This document shows positions 11,501-20,595 of a stretch of 64,000 bases of DNA, one piece after another. The stretch lies in NCBI GenBank assembly GCA_964420555.1, contig CAYQTT010000002.1:69590-133589 (forward strand), read 5' to 3'. Numbering within the stretch: position 1 is the stretch's first letter; each line of letters starts with the position of its first letter. Under the pieces are notes generated by a model. It ran no database searches and was not told where the DNA came from. It saw only the letters and a program-made list of their open reading frames with translations. The position numbers were made by a program, and so were the translations under genes. Source of the stretch: an uncultured Lentimicrobiaceae bacterium (GTDB lineage Bacteria; Bacteroidota; Bacteroidia; Bacteroidales; UBA4417).

Positions 11501-13485
11501 GAAGCCGAAATTGCAGCATCCAAATCTATGTTCCGGTAATTATACCCCTTCAAATAAACAGCCGGAATTTTAGCTTTTATTTGTGCTTCAGCAGTTTCGG
11601 CACTAATTCCTTTACCATTAATTTTGATATCGAAAGCTGTATTTCCATATATTGTATCCATCAGGATTTTTTCCAATTGCAATCCATCCGACTGTGTATG
11701 AATGTTATACGATAACTTATCGGCTCCCGGGAGCTGATTTACGTTTCCTTGCAGCGCCAGATCGCCGGCACTGCTTTTCAATGCCAGATCGAAAGTGTAG
11801 GCTCCTTTTTTATCGCCAAGTTTTCCTTTAAGTTTGAAACTTTCATTGGTAGCAATGTTTGGAGGAATGCTTCCTTCGGGCAGAAGATTTGCAAGTCTTC
11901 TGGTCGTTCCACTGAATTCCTTGAGGTTTATTGACGCCAGAATCTGATCAGGATCAGGCAATCCTTTGATGCTACCTGATGCTGATAAGTTGATTTTGTT
12001 GATTTTAAGTTTCAGGTTTTCAACCATCATGTCCGAAACTTTTCCTGCAAGCTTACCTTCGATCGAAATATTGTTTGAGAGTAGTTTTGTGATTTCAGGG
12101 TCGTTGCCGGCCATTGTGCGGAAATGCTTCATGTCACTGGCTGCAAGAAGTATCTTTTTAATGTTGATATCAAATCCTAATAGCCCCGGATTATCGCTTA
12201 TAGCTTCAAGTGATTCGTAATTTATTCGGAAATTCCCTTCCATTTCCGAAGCCGGGGTTTTCAGCAGAAACTGATCCAGAATTACACCTGTATCGGAATA
12301 GTGAAAACCTGTACTTAGCTGCTGAATAGCAAATCCGCATTGCTCTTCGGCTTGAAACTGCCTGATAGTTCCCTGAAAAGCAGCTCCCTCAAATGCAAAA
12401 TCCTTGAGCATGACCTGAAGATTTCGCAGATGAATATGTTCCTGGTTAAAATCAGTACCTGCTTTCTCAGTTTCTTTTTCCTGATCGTATTTAAGATCGT
12501 TGTCCTGCAGATTAATAGTTGCAATACTTACAGAAAATGGTTCACTTTCGGTAGCGGATGATTCCTCCTTTTTTGCTTTATTCTCTGGTTCCGTTCTTGT
12601 AATCAGTACTTTACTCTGATGTTGTGCAAGCAACACTTGTTGAAGTGTAAGCAGGTTTGTATTCAGGTTCAGGTTTAAGTTTTCAGCATGAAAATTCAGG
12701 ATATTGGTTTCGGATTGGTACCCTGCTCCTGGCATCTGAACCGAAAAGTCATTGTTGAGAAGCGAAACCTGATCAATAATAACCTGTGGAAGCAGCCCCG
12801 AGGTTTCGTTTTGTGTTATGTCTGATTCCGAAGAACCTAAATCTAATTTTGCAGTTAAACCATCTGTTTCAAAGCTTTTGATTTTATAAAGTTGGTTCAC
12901 AAGGTCCAGCTTATCGACATATAGTGCTATCCTATCCGATTTTACATCATAAAACTGCTTGCCTTTTTTGTCATCCATGATATAGTGTAACTGATTGATA
13001 TCCAGTTTTTCTATATTTATCGCCATCGAATTTCCTGTACTCTCCTTTTCCGCTTCATGTGATGGTGACGAGGAAAAAGACTGAATAATAAAATCAAAAT
13101 TGAATGCAGAGTCGAATTCGGCCCGTGCCATTCTGAAATACAGAGTATCAACTTCTATATGTTGAACCGAAACAGTATTAGTCAGCAAGGCAAACAGGTT
13201 GTAATTAGTTTTCAAACTACCGATATGCAAAAGTTCAACATCTGAAAGATCGTTGATTGAAAAAGTTGTAATTTCAATATGCGAAAACAGGTTTGTACGG
13301 AACCCGCCGATTAACACATTGGTTCCTGTTTTTTCCGAAAGGTACGAAGATGCTTTTTTACGAATGATATTCTGCGCGTAATCCGTTTGTAAAAGAACCA
13401 AAACTATAATAATCGAAATAAGGAAAAAACCAAGTGTGTATGTAATCCACCTTGCAATAGTTTTAACGATTTTCCCTTTATCCAT
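8521..13485 (-). CDS. tamB: Translocation and assembly module protein TamB (DUF490 C-terminus)
   Basis: 1654 aa with a single N-terminal TM anchor (WITYTLGFFLISIIIVLVLL) and a very long beta-rich repetitive body. The conserved TamB-type C-terminal region ends '...RLKAYRKDQYE...GINLGVYLDF'. It is translationally coupled to the downstream Omp85 gene. Confidence 0.75.
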   Translation of the reverse strand: MDKGKIVKTIARWITYTLGFFLISIIIVLVLLQTDYAQNIIRKKASSYLSEKTGTNVLIGGFRTNLFSHIEITTFSINDLSDVELLHIGSLKTNYNLFALLTNTVSVQHIEVDTLYFRMARAEFDSAFNFDFIIQSFSSSPSHEAEKESTGNSMAINIEKLDINQLHYIMDDKKGKQFYDVKSDRIALYVDKLDLVNQLYKIKSFETDGLTAKLDLGSSESDITQNETSGLLPQVIIDQVSLLNNDFSVQMPGAGYQSETNILNFHAENLNLNLNTNLLTLQQVLLAQHQSKVLITRTEPENKAKKEESSATESEPFSVSIATINLQDNDLKYDQEKETEKAGTDFNQEHIHLRNLQVMLKDFAFEGAAFQGTIRQFQAEEQCGFAIQQLSTGFHYSDTGVILDQFLLKTPASEMEGNFRINYESLEAISDNPGLLGFDINIKKILLAASDMKHFRTMAGNDPEITKLLSNNISIEGKLAGKVSDMMVENLKLKINKINLSASGSIKGLPDPDQILASINLKEFSGTTRRLANLLPEGSIPPNIATNESFKLKGKLGDKKGAYTFDLALKSSAGDLALQGNVNQLPGADKLSYNIHTQSDGLQLEKILMDTIYGNTAFDIKINGKGISAETAEAQIKAKIPAVYLKGYNYRNIDLDAAISASIIDARFQILDSAVNTEIYANYSLDSLNPLLEANAHISNIDLQRIGIMTDTLKFRGDIIADLTTVNAKHINGTIHIPHIEITKGQHQYKLDSISMVAVNIETTQSIVVRSPFLDMNLEGNYEIDVLPAVAQNLLIDFVTVYPPTGTIFKPAYAKLKGEFKYHPVIPAFVPGLTFTKNIKFGSVVNTAEKDLMFALAVPAAVYGDIVIDSTLFGLHTTNDTLQYALYSEGIRNSSIKLSRSLIEGNAKDGIINWDIKLFNKYDSLKYDLAGNIINDTSKFVLHLNEDQIINGDNWIANADNSTIYNLAKQIHTNLSLSSGKRQLSLQSSDAENGLPLDLKLVDFPISTLTKIISTDTTLASGIINGTTRLSSFEPLLFSADLTIDSLKAYNVDAGNMIAKANNEPGIGYTAQINLSGKENDLDLSASYSDKGELKGNIGIRKFKIETLDPFLNSIISNLKGNINGQVNFEGTIDKPVLNGEINISELQGSYREYNTFFKIPDEQIKLNRNGIILNDFVIYDSTGNTAKVNGQILTPDYRTYNYDLAVKTDHFMALNKKLTPEQEYYGPAYFTSDMRITSTGDVLMVKGNIKVDEKSVLNIEMGSVDTAVSVNNGIIIYVDSLQASDSALKNIIKTKLSKNTASTKLGLALNIEMTKTSKLNIYLDKTGGDYMKVAGDAELTINQQPGGQMNMQGKFTIDNGEYQLTISRVIKRKFAVQQGSSIQWNGSPTDANIDLTALYKVETTAEAILAGSQTSNKGAYKQKLPFEVYLILKKKLLQPAISFKLDMPAKEQNVFSGVVYARIKQINLNESELNKQVMGLLFLSQFVPQDPLSSGSGSGTLFDYESAARSTAGSLVSQQLNSLIASRFKKIDVNFEVDSRADYSSGDKSNTTDLKVNVSRTMFNDRYTISVGSTFAIEGSEQHKRNTSGLAGNYSAEYKLTRDGRYRLKAYRKDQYEVGTSGQVIQTGINLGVYLDFNKYREILKKKKDTQNK

Positions 13486-13680
13486 ATGTGGCCAAATGAT
13501 GATATTGAATTTTATTAAATCATAAGTCTGTGCATTAGTTAAGACATGTTTTTAGCGAGTGTTAGTTTAGATTTATTAGGTTAGGAATGTAGCAAACAGT
13601 TTTCTCTTACTTTCATGTTATTCACCTGTAAGCAGTTGTATCGCAAGGTGTTGTTGAAATTAAAATATATTTTTTTTTGT

Positions 13681-13735
13681 AAAAAAGAATAAAACAGCCA
13701 GAAAAAGTGCAGTGAAACTGAACTTGATTTCTGGC
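13681..13735 (-). terminator. Possible terminator of the small OMP gene
   Basis: The inverted repeat GCCAGAAA (13697-13704) / TTTCTGGC (13728-13735) is followed on the minus strand by a U-rich tract. The loop is long (23 nt), so support is weak. Confidence 0.3.
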
Positions 13736-13787
13736 GGTTAATCCCTTTCAAAAGTCACAAACTATTCTGAATTTATGACAATGAACT

Positions 13788-14354
13788 TTAAAAATGAAGT
13801 GTTGCCCCAAACTGCCAGTAAGCATTTCGAGCGCCATGGTTAGTTTCAACCAGACTGTAGTGATACCTGGTTTCAATGGAAACAATCAGTATGTTAATTC
13901 CAAGTCCTCCAAAAGCAGGCAAGTCAAAAGATTTGGATTTCTGCTCGTCAGTCGGGGTTGTTAATTCGTCGTCAATTATTATTTTTTCTCCAATTTTTAC
14001 TTTTGGTTGCACACCTGCTAGTACATAAACAGGACCAACTTTAGCCTTCAGATAGGCTGGGATTCCAATGTAGTTTATAACTTGCCTGTTGTCGTCAGCC
14101 AATTCAGCTCCGTTTTTACAAAACTCGAGACCTGCACCCCAATGGAGAAAAGGGATTATTTTATTCTCTTTGAAAGCGCCAGCATAGAACCCACCGTAAT
14201 TTGATGTACCGGCAACCCTGTCACCGCCTTCGAAGAGTCCGGAAATTTGATAACCGGCACGAACCCCAATGCTATGTTTCCCCTGTGCCTGAACTGACTG
14301 GATAGAAACAGCTATAATTGCGATTAAAATGATGAAAGTGTAAATTCGTTTCAT
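13788..14354 (-). CDS. Small outer-membrane beta-barrel protein (OmpW/porin-family-like)
   Basis: 188 aa with a signal peptide ending 'VQAQ', alternating aromatic/Gly beta-strand pattern, and a C-terminal 'WQFGATLHF'. Confidence 0.6.
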   Translation of the reverse strand: MKRIYTFIILIAIIAVSIQSVQAQGKHSIGVRAGYQISGLFEGGDRVAGTSNYGGFYAGAFKENKIIPFLHWGAGLEFCKNGAELADDNRQVINYIGIPAYLKAKVGPVYVLAGVQPKVKIGEKIIIDDELTTPTDEQKSKSFDLPAFGGLGINILIVSIETRYHYSLVETNHGARNAYWQFGATLHF

Positions 14355-14591
14355 GTTTATGGTTTTTGGTTAAAAAATAGTTAGCTGATAAACTGAAATA
14401 TTTAAATTTTGTTCAATTACATAAGCTGATTTTTAAACAAATATAGTGGTTTTCCCATGGCTAAACGAATTAGTTGTTCCCAGGCCTGCATGCAGCAAAA
14501 TCTTTGTAATGCTTCAGTATTTTAATGCAGCGGCAGTAAACTGAATTTAGCCAATTCATGCAAATTAAGTATCAGATGTCCACACTTTCTT

Positions 14592-14599
14592 TACTTTTG
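14592..14599 (+). promoter_or_regulatory. Bacteroidota-type -7 box (TAnnTTTG) upstream of the djlA-like gene
   Basis: TACTTTTG lies 20 nt upstream of the ATG at 14620. No clear -33 TTTG was found. Confidence 0.35.
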
Positions 14600-14619
14600 C
14601 ACCTCAATTTATAAATACA

Positions 14620-15366
14620 ATGGCGAAATTTTTAAAATGGCTTGGCGGAGGTATCGGCTGGGCTGCAGGCGGGCCAATTGGTGCAATACTCGGCTTCGCG
14701 CTTGGTTCCATGGTCGATGGCATGCAAAGCGGAGCGTATGCCTATGAACCACACAAACAACCGAATTTCAATAAGCCGCAGACAACTCCTAACGATTTTG
14801 TAATTAGTCTGTTAGTACTTTCGGCAGCAGTTATGCGCTCCGACGACAGGGTTATGCGTTCGGAACTTGACTTTGTGAAAAGGTTTTTAGTACAACAATT
14901 TGGTGTTAATGAAGCTGAACGTCAGTTACTTATTTTACGCGAACTGTTAAATAAAAGTTATGATCTTCAGCAGGTTGGAACCCAGATCAAGCAGTATATG
15001 GAATACCCGTCGAGGCTGCAATTGATGCATTTCCTGTTCGGGTTGGCTGGCGCCGATAATCAGGTTCATGCCGGCGAATTAAGAACTATCACACAAATTT
15101 CTATCATTCTTGGTATCCGCACCACTGATTTTGAGAGCATCAAAGCTATGTTTGTAAAGGATACGACCAGTGCATACCGTATTTTAGAAGTAACTCCTGA
15201 AGCTTCCGAAGAAGAATTGAAAAAGGCCTACCGCCGCATGGCCTTAAAATACCATCCCGACCGCTTGGCGCATCTTGGTGATGATATGCAAAAAGCTGCC
15301 AATTCCAAATTTCAGGAACTGAACGCAGCTTATGAGCAGATTAAGAAGGAAAGGAATATTGTTTAG
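14620..15366 (+). CDS. DjlA-like co-chaperone: N-terminal Gly-rich membrane segment, TerB-like domain, C-terminal J domain
   Basis: The J-domain signature '[30 protein letters not shown]' sits at the C-terminus. The central region is TerB-like and the N-terminus '[21 protein letters not shown]' is membrane-like. Confidence 0.7.
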   Translation: MAKFLKWLGGGIGWAAGGPIGAILGFALGSMVDGMQSGAYAYEPHKQPNFNKPQTTPNDFVISLLVLSAAVMRSDDRVMRSELDFVKRFLVQQFGVNEAERQLLILRELLNKSYDLQQVGTQIKQYMEYPSRLQLMHFLFGLAGADNQVHAGELRTITQISIILGIRTTDFESIKAMFVKDTTSAYRILEVTPEASEEELKKAYRRMALKYHPDRLAHLGDDMQKAANSKFQELNAAYEQIKKERNIV

Positions 15367-15387
15367 ACGATATATTGGGATTATGGA

Positions 15388-15465
15388 GGGGGACAAGGAG
15401 AGGGGGGACAAGGAGAGTGGCGACAAGGCGAACTTGAAACCAGAAACTTGAAACAAGAAACTTTT
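15388..15465. repeat. Two adjacent tandem repeats (3 x 15 bp, then 2.3 x 14 bp) filling a convergent intergenic spacer
   Basis: The first array is GGGGGACAAGGAGAG x2 plus TGGCGACAAGGCGAA (15388-15432). The second is CTTGAAACCAGAAA / CTTGAAACAAGAAA / CTTTT (15433-15465). Confidence 0.9.
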
Positions 15466-16268
15466 CAATCCTTCCCAAAATCCAGCAAATCAATTTTCAA
15501 TATCCTTGCCAGCAACTGATATAACGTTTGGTTATACTCCCTGAAATCAAGCGGTTGTTCAAAAAAACATTCAACCGCAACCGAAAAAAACTCTTCCAGG
15601 TTGGCAGCACTATATGATCTGAAAAAAGTGTTTTCACCGTTCTCAGTTTTCTGCATTTCGAGCATCGCCTCTTTTTCAAATAGTAGCATAGTTTTACGAT
15701 CGATAAAATCATATTCCTCATTATCAACAATATTTGTAAGCCGCAGTGCATGAGCCATTTCGTGCATGGCAAGGTTTCGGCCATCCGTAGGATTGCTGTA
15801 GCCCGACATAAAATTTTTCCACGACAACACAATAGCACCGCCTGCGTTCACCTCACCTTCGTGATAATAACCTGTATGCGCTGAGTAATATTCCTCTGCA
15901 AAAAGGATAATGGTTTTAAAGTGATTAAAATACACGTCGGGATAGCCATAAGTAAGCTGAACAGCAGAAGCGGCTATCATAATCCGCATCTCATCGGTTA
16001 CCATCTGAAGGCTCTTGCCTGCCCTGAAATCTTTCATCTCGATAAATTTGCAGACGCGTTTTTCGAAAAGTTCCCTACCGCTTGCGCTAAGTAACTTATA
16101 CACAACAAAATTGCTCAGAAGCAGCTTTCTGAAACTTCTTGTATCATCAATATCAAAGTATTTTAAGCATTTAGGTTTTGAAAAAAAATGATAATCTTCG
16201 GGTTTTAACAAAATCCAAAAAATATAAACTAGTCCTGCCGTAATTAAAAAGTAGTAAAAGTATTCCAT
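15465..16268 (-). CDS. MtfA-like zinc metallopeptidase (peptidase M90 family)
   Basis: There is an N-terminal TM segment, an HExxH motif 'HEMAHAL', and the M90-typical C-terminal 'EEFFSVAVECFFEQP'. Confidence 0.65.
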   Translation of the reverse strand: MEYFYYFLITAGLVYIFWILLKPEDYHFFSKPKCLKYFDIDDTRSFRKLLLSNFVVYKLLSASGRELFEKRVCKFIEMKDFRAGKSLQMVTDEMRIMIAASAVQLTYGYPDVYFNHFKTIILFAEEYYSAHTGYYHEGEVNAGGAIVLSWKNFMSGYSNPTDGRNLAMHEMAHALRLTNIVDNEEYDFIDRKTMLLFEKEAMLEMQKTENGENTFFRSYSAANLEEFFSVAVECFFEQPLDFREYNQTLYQLLARILKIDLLDFGKD

Positions 16269-16486
16269 GAGCTCAATAATAATAAGGCACGCAAGATACT
16301 ATAATTACTGATTCGGGAATATGGGTAAAGGTTTCGGGTTAGATCCGGTTGGCGCAAAAATACATAGATCAACTCCACTGAATATTTATCTTTGCAAGCA
16401 TCTGCACTACAGGTCAGCTGTTTCACGGAAAGTGATGTCAACCGGTAGGATTTATAGCCTTTTACCTGATTAAAACATAGACTTTT

Positions 16487-19159
16487 ATGAAAAAAACAGC
16501 ACTTTTTCTTGCAATTTTTATTCTTACAGGTGTTAACGCCATTTCGCAGGTGTTGCCGTATAAAAATCCGAAATTAACTGTAGATGAGCGCGTTGAAGAT
16601 CTTTTGCAACGTATGACACTAAAGGAAAAATTCTGGCAGGTTTTTATGATTCCCGGCGACCTCGACGAAGGAAAAGAAAAATACATGGATGGGATTTTCG
16701 GTTTTCAAACCTTTGCCAAAGGCCAGACCACCGATGCTGTTGGCCAGATGTTAACATATGGCTCATCAGGAACTCCGAAGCAGACTGCCGAAAAGATCAA
16801 TGCCATGCAAAAGTTTTTCCTCGAAGAAACCCGCCTCGGCATTCCGATTATCCCTTTCGACGAAGCTCTTCACGGACTTGTACGCGATGGCGCAATTGCA
16901 TATCCGCAATCTATCGCCTTAGCTTCCACCTGGAATCCCGAGCTGATGTTTAAAGTTTCCTCAGCCATTGCAACTGAAAGTAAAACTCGCGGTATCAGGC
17001 AGATACTTTCGCCGGTGGTTAACCTTGCCAGCGATGTTCGCTGGGGCCGGACTGAAGAAACATATGGGGAAGATCCTTTCCTCTCTTCAAAAATGGGCAT
17101 TGCTTTTGTTTCCGCTTTCGAAAAACAGGGTGTTATAGCAACACCTAAACATTTTGTGGCTAATGTGGGAGCCGGTGGCCGCGACAGCTATCCGATCGAT
17201 TTCAGCGAACGTTATCTGAATGAACTTGATTTTCAACCTTTCATGGCTTGCTTTTCGACCGGAGGTGCTCGCTCCGTCATGACTTCGTACAATACACTCG
17301 ATGGTTCGCCATGTACAGCCAACGATCGCTTACTGAACCAGATACTGAAACGCGACTGGGATTTTAATGGATTTGTGATTTCGGATGCAAGCGCAGTAGG
17401 TGGTGCCAATGTGCTGCATTTTACAGCTGCAGATTATGCCGATGCAACCGCGCAGGCCATCAATAACGGATTGGATGTTATTTTTCAGACGTCCTACGAT
17501 CATTATCCTTTATTCTGGGAAGCATTCGAAAAAGGAATGGTTAAACCTGAAGCACTTAACGAAGCCGTACGCAGGGTTTTACGTGCTAAATTTGAACTGG
17601 GACTTTTCGAAAATCCATACGTTGATGCCACCGAAGCCGAAAAATGGAACGGACATGCATCTTTCCGCGAACTGGCCAGGCAATCAGCCCGCGAATCAAT
17701 AGTGCTTTTTAAAAATGACAAGCAGGTGCTTCCGCTTAAAAACAATATAAAATCTATAGCAGTTATTGGTCCCGATGCTGTCGAAAGCAGGCTCGGTGGA
17801 TATGCCGGTCCCGGAATTAAAAAAACTTCCATCCTCGACGGACTAAAAGCACAGCTTCCTGCCGGTTGCAAGGTGAGTTATTCACATGGTGTTGACAGGG
17901 AATATAAACCGTTCGTAACAGTTCCGTCGCGATACTTATCCTGCACTTTTGAGGGAAAAGATAAAAGCGGGCTTTACGGCGAATATTACAATAACATCAA
18001 TCTATCGGGTGAGGCTGTTGTAAAAAGGGTTGACGAAAATATGCAGTTTGGCTGGACATTATATTCGCCGGATCCCAAACTGGCTTTCGATTGCTACTCC
18101 ATCCGATGGAAAGGTAAAATCACCGCACCTGCAACCGGTAATTATAAAATCGGCATCGAAGGAAATGACGGTTACCGTATGTATATCAATGATAAACTTA
18201 TGATTGATAACTGGAAGAAAGTTTCTTTCGGAATTCAAACTATTGATTATAATTTTGAAAAGGGCAAATCCTATGATATCCGTATTGAGTATTTCGAAAG
18301 CTCAGGTACTGCCAGGTTCAGGCTGATATGGAATTATGGTGTTGATGATCTGTGGCAGAAACAGATTAATGAAGCAGTAGAAATTGCTAAAAACGCAGAA
18401 GTTGTAATACTTACTGTCGGAATCGAAGAAGGCGAATTCCGCGATCGTGCTTTGCTTAGTTTACCTGGCAAACAGGAGCAGTTGATCGATGCTGTTGCAG
18501 CCACTGGGAAACCGGTTATTGTTCTACTATCGGGTGGAAGCGCTATTACAATGAATAACTGGATTGATAAAGTGGATGCTATTGCTGATATCTGGTATCC
18601 TGGTGAAGAAGGCGGAAATGCTGTTGCTGATGTTTTATTGGGGAAATACAATCCTTCCGGGAAATTAACCATAACTTTCCCGATGCACGAAGCGCAACTT
18701 CCATTGGTTTACAATCACAAACCAACAGGTAGGGGAGATGATTATAATAATTTAACCGGTCAGCCGCTTTTCCCGTTTGGATATGGCCTCAGCTACACAA
18801 CATTTGAATATTCGGATTTAAAATTTTCGGGAAAGGAAATTACTGCTGATGGCAAAACAAGTGTTAGCTTTAAAATTAAAAATACAGGGAAATTTGCCGG
18901 TGAAGAAGTCGTGCAACTCTACATCCGCGATTTGCTTTCATCCGTTTCGCAGCCCATTATTGCGTTAAAGGGATTTCAGAAAATAAGTCTTGCTCCGGGC
19001 GAAACAAAAGAAGTGTCGTTCGACATAACGCCCGAACTACTTCTTATGCTTGATAAAAACATGAAATGGATTGTCGAACCTGGCGATTTCCGTATTATGA
19101 TAGGCGCTTCCAGCAAAGATATCAGGCTGATGGAAAATTTAACAGTTGTCGCGAAATAA
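16487..19159 (+). CDS. bglX: Glycoside hydrolase family 3 beta-glucosidase with inserted PA14 domain
   Basis: 890 aa with a signal peptide. The GH3 N-domain ('GIPIIPFDEALHG', 'GFVISDA') and C-domain are interrupted by a PA14-like segment ('GLYGEYYNN...YRMYINDKLMIDNW'). A fibronectin-like C-terminus follows. Confidence 0.85.
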   Translation: MKKTALFLAIFILTGVNAISQVLPYKNPKLTVDERVEDLLQRMTLKEKFWQVFMIPGDLDEGKEKYMDGIFGFQTFAKGQTTDAVGQMLTYGSSGTPKQTAEKINAMQKFFLEETRLGIPIIPFDEALHGLVRDGAIAYPQSIALASTWNPELMFKVSSAIATESKTRGIRQILSPVVNLASDVRWGRTEETYGEDPFLSSKMGIAFVSAFEKQGVIATPKHFVANVGAGGRDSYPIDFSERYLNELDFQPFMACFSTGGARSVMTSYNTLDGSPCTANDRLLNQILKRDWDFNGFVISDASAVGGANVLHFTAADYADATAQAINNGLDVIFQTSYDHYPLFWEAFEKGMVKPEALNEAVRRVLRAKFELGLFENPYVDATEAEKWNGHASFRELARQSARESIVLFKNDKQVLPLKNNIKSIAVIGPDAVESRLGGYAGPGIKKTSILDGLKAQLPAGCKVSYSHGVDREYKPFVTVPSRYLSCTFEGKDKSGLYGEYYNNINLSGEAVVKRVDENMQFGWTLYSPDPKLAFDCYSIRWKGKITAPATGNYKIGIEGNDGYRMYINDKLMIDNWKKVSFGIQTIDYNFEKGKSYDIRIEYFESSGTARFRLIWNYGVDDLWQKQINEAVEIAKNAEVVILTVGIEEGEFRDRALLSLPGKQEQLIDAVAATGKPVIVLLSGGSAITMNNWIDKVDAIADIWYPGEEGGNAVADVLLGKYNPSGKLTITFPMHEAQLPLVYNHKPTGRGDDYNNLTGQPLFPFGYGLSYTTFEYSDLKFSGKEITADGKTSVSFKIKNTGKFAGEEVVQLYIRDLLSSVSQPIIALKGFQKISLAPGETKEVSFDITPELLLMLDKNMKWIVEPGDFRIMIGASSKDIRLMENLTVVAK

Positions 19160-19162
19160 CCT

Positions 19163-19663
19163 ATGAATATAACTCCTGAATCACTAAAAGAACTTTTTCA
19201 GCAGGCAAAAAAGAAGCAGAAGGAAAATGTTGTATTCTTCCGGCAGCTTGCTACAAAACCGCCGGGTAAAGTGGATGAAGCTTTTCAAAATCTTCATGAA
19301 CAGGTATTCGATGAAGTGAATTGCCTCGATTGCGGGAATTGCTGTAAATCGCTTGGTCCAAGAATTACAGATGCTGATACTCGACGGATTGCTGCCGCTA
19401 TGAAGATAAAAGTTTCGGAACTCACTACGAAATACCTTCGTATGGACGAGGACAACGACTACATTTTCCGTACAATGCCTTGCCCTTTCCTGGACACAGA
19501 TAATTATTGCCGCATTTACGAAAACCGTCCGCGCGCCTGCCGCGATTACCCGCATACCGACAGGCGCCGTATGCATCAGATATTTGATATTACCATAAAA
19601 AACGTATCAACCTGCCCGGCTGTGTTCGAAATAGTGGAACGATTAAAAACCATTAAGATTTGA
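19163..19663 (+). CDS. YkgJ-family (UPF0153) cysteine-cluster protein
   Basis: It carries 'CLDCGNCC' plus a downstream 'CPFL....CRIYENRPRACRDYP', the YkgJ Zn/Fe-chelating motif. It starts 4 nt after the GH3 stop. Confidence 0.7.
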   Translation: MNITPESLKELFQQAKKKQKENVVFFRQLATKPPGKVDEAFQNLHEQVFDEVNCLDCGNCCKSLGPRITDADTRRIAAAMKIKVSELTTKYLRMDEDNDYIFRTMPCPFLDTDNYCRIYENRPRACRDYPHTDRRRMHQIFDITIKNVSTCPAVFEIVERLKTIKI

Positions 19664-19691
19664 TTTAAAATCAGGTGTTTTGTTTATTCAA

Positions 19692-20153
19692 CTACCTGAT
19701 AAACAATCTTTCATCAAAATTAAACGGCTCTGTTTTCTTGATTGTGATAGAGTGGGAGTCGGAATGAGCCGGGTTAATCAGGTAATTAAATTCATCCTGA
19801 ACCACGGCAGATGGAACTTTTAGAACAGGGTAAATTCCATCAGCAACAAACCTGTCGCCTATAGCCTGCGTTGAATGAATATTGGGAAACGATTTCCAGT
19901 TTGCCGGCAGACCTTTTATGCTTAATTCATGAATATGAACGTTATCCGGAATTTCGATTGAAATGAGCATATAATCAAGAGGAAGGTTTCCTAAAGGAGT
20001 ATGAACTGCAATTTCAGTTGTGCACAAAGCCCTCGACTCGCTGCTATAAATCAAGGCTGTGCCTTTGCTGTTCCAACGTCCGCCGCTTTTTTCGGCACCT
20101 TTACCCGAAAGGTCACTGGCAAATTTCGATTTGCTTAAACGGAAAACTATCAT
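19692..20153 (-). CDS. RES-domain toxin (NAD+-targeting MbcT/ParT-type family)
   Basis: 153 aa with R..E..S signature context: 'GGRWNSKGTALIYSSESRALCTTEI'. The ATG overlaps the upstream antitoxin stop (ATGA, 20150-20153). Confidence 0.75.
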   Translation of the reverse strand: MIVFRLSKSKFASDLSGKGAEKSGGRWNSKGTALIYSSESRALCTTEIAVHTPLGNLPLDYMLISIEIPDNVHIHELSIKGLPANWKSFPNIHSTQAIGDRFVADGIYPVLKVPSAVVQDEFNYLINPAHSDSHSITIKKTEPFNFDERLFIR

Positions 20154-20578
20154 GCTAAAACACCGTACTCGATGCGGGTAAGTTCGTCTCTCAGCATGTT
20201 TATACCAAAGGTATTATCCAGAAGCATTTTAGGTTTTGTGTTCCCTAAAGCAAGGTTATCAGTATCGAGCCACGAGTTAAATTTTTCGGCCGAACCAAAC
20301 ACTTCAACACCTTTATTATAAAAAAGAGCTATTTCGATAATTTTTTCCGATTGAAGGGGATCGAATGTTTTCTGCTCACTGCGGTACCTTTGCATAGTAC
20401 GCTCAGAGAGATGAAGGTATGTTGACCACTCATTTGAACTAAACGGACTTTTATTGGCAAACGTATCGAAAGCTGCAAAACCAATGCCCCGCCTCACCAT
20501 TTTTATTAATGATATTGCATTAATATCATCAATGGAACCATAAGTAACGGTAGGATCGAAAATTTCCATTGTTTCCAT
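20150..20578 (-). CDS. Xre-like/DUF2384 antitoxin partner of the RES toxin
   Basis: The C-terminal 'FNSWLDTDNLALGNTKPKMLLDNTFGINMLRDELTRIEYG' matches the antitoxin toxin-binding domain pattern. I prefer the ATG at 20578 (METMEIF...) over the upstream TTG at 20608 used by the ORF track. Confidence 0.7.
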   Translation of the reverse strand: METMEIFDPTVTYGSIDDINAISLIKMVRRGIGFAAFDTFANKSPFSSNEWSTYLHLSERTMQRYRSEQKTFDPLQSEKIIEIALFYNKGVEVFGSAEKFNSWLDTDNLALGNTKPKMLLDNTFGINMLRDELTRIEYGVLA

Positions 20579-20595
20579 ATCTTTGTTTCTTTCCA

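Noticed and set aside
15244-15468. 74-aa minus-strand ORF (..LSPLSLSPLSLSP..)
   Set aside because: It is an artefact of translating the 15-bp tandem repeats, and the remainder is antisense to the J-domain coding region.
17400-18672. Antisense or off-frame ORFs of 100-122 aa inside the GH3 gene (17400..17702 +, 17503..17871 -, 18334..18672 -)
   Set aside because: They are nested in a strongly supported CDS, have Ser/Pro/Ala-rich shadow-frame composition, and have no promoter or start context. The same reasoning applies to similar nested ORFs at 19184..19576, 29221..29601, 29999..30385, 40776..41210, 46473..47416, 48146..48454, 52530..53039 and 58780..59127.
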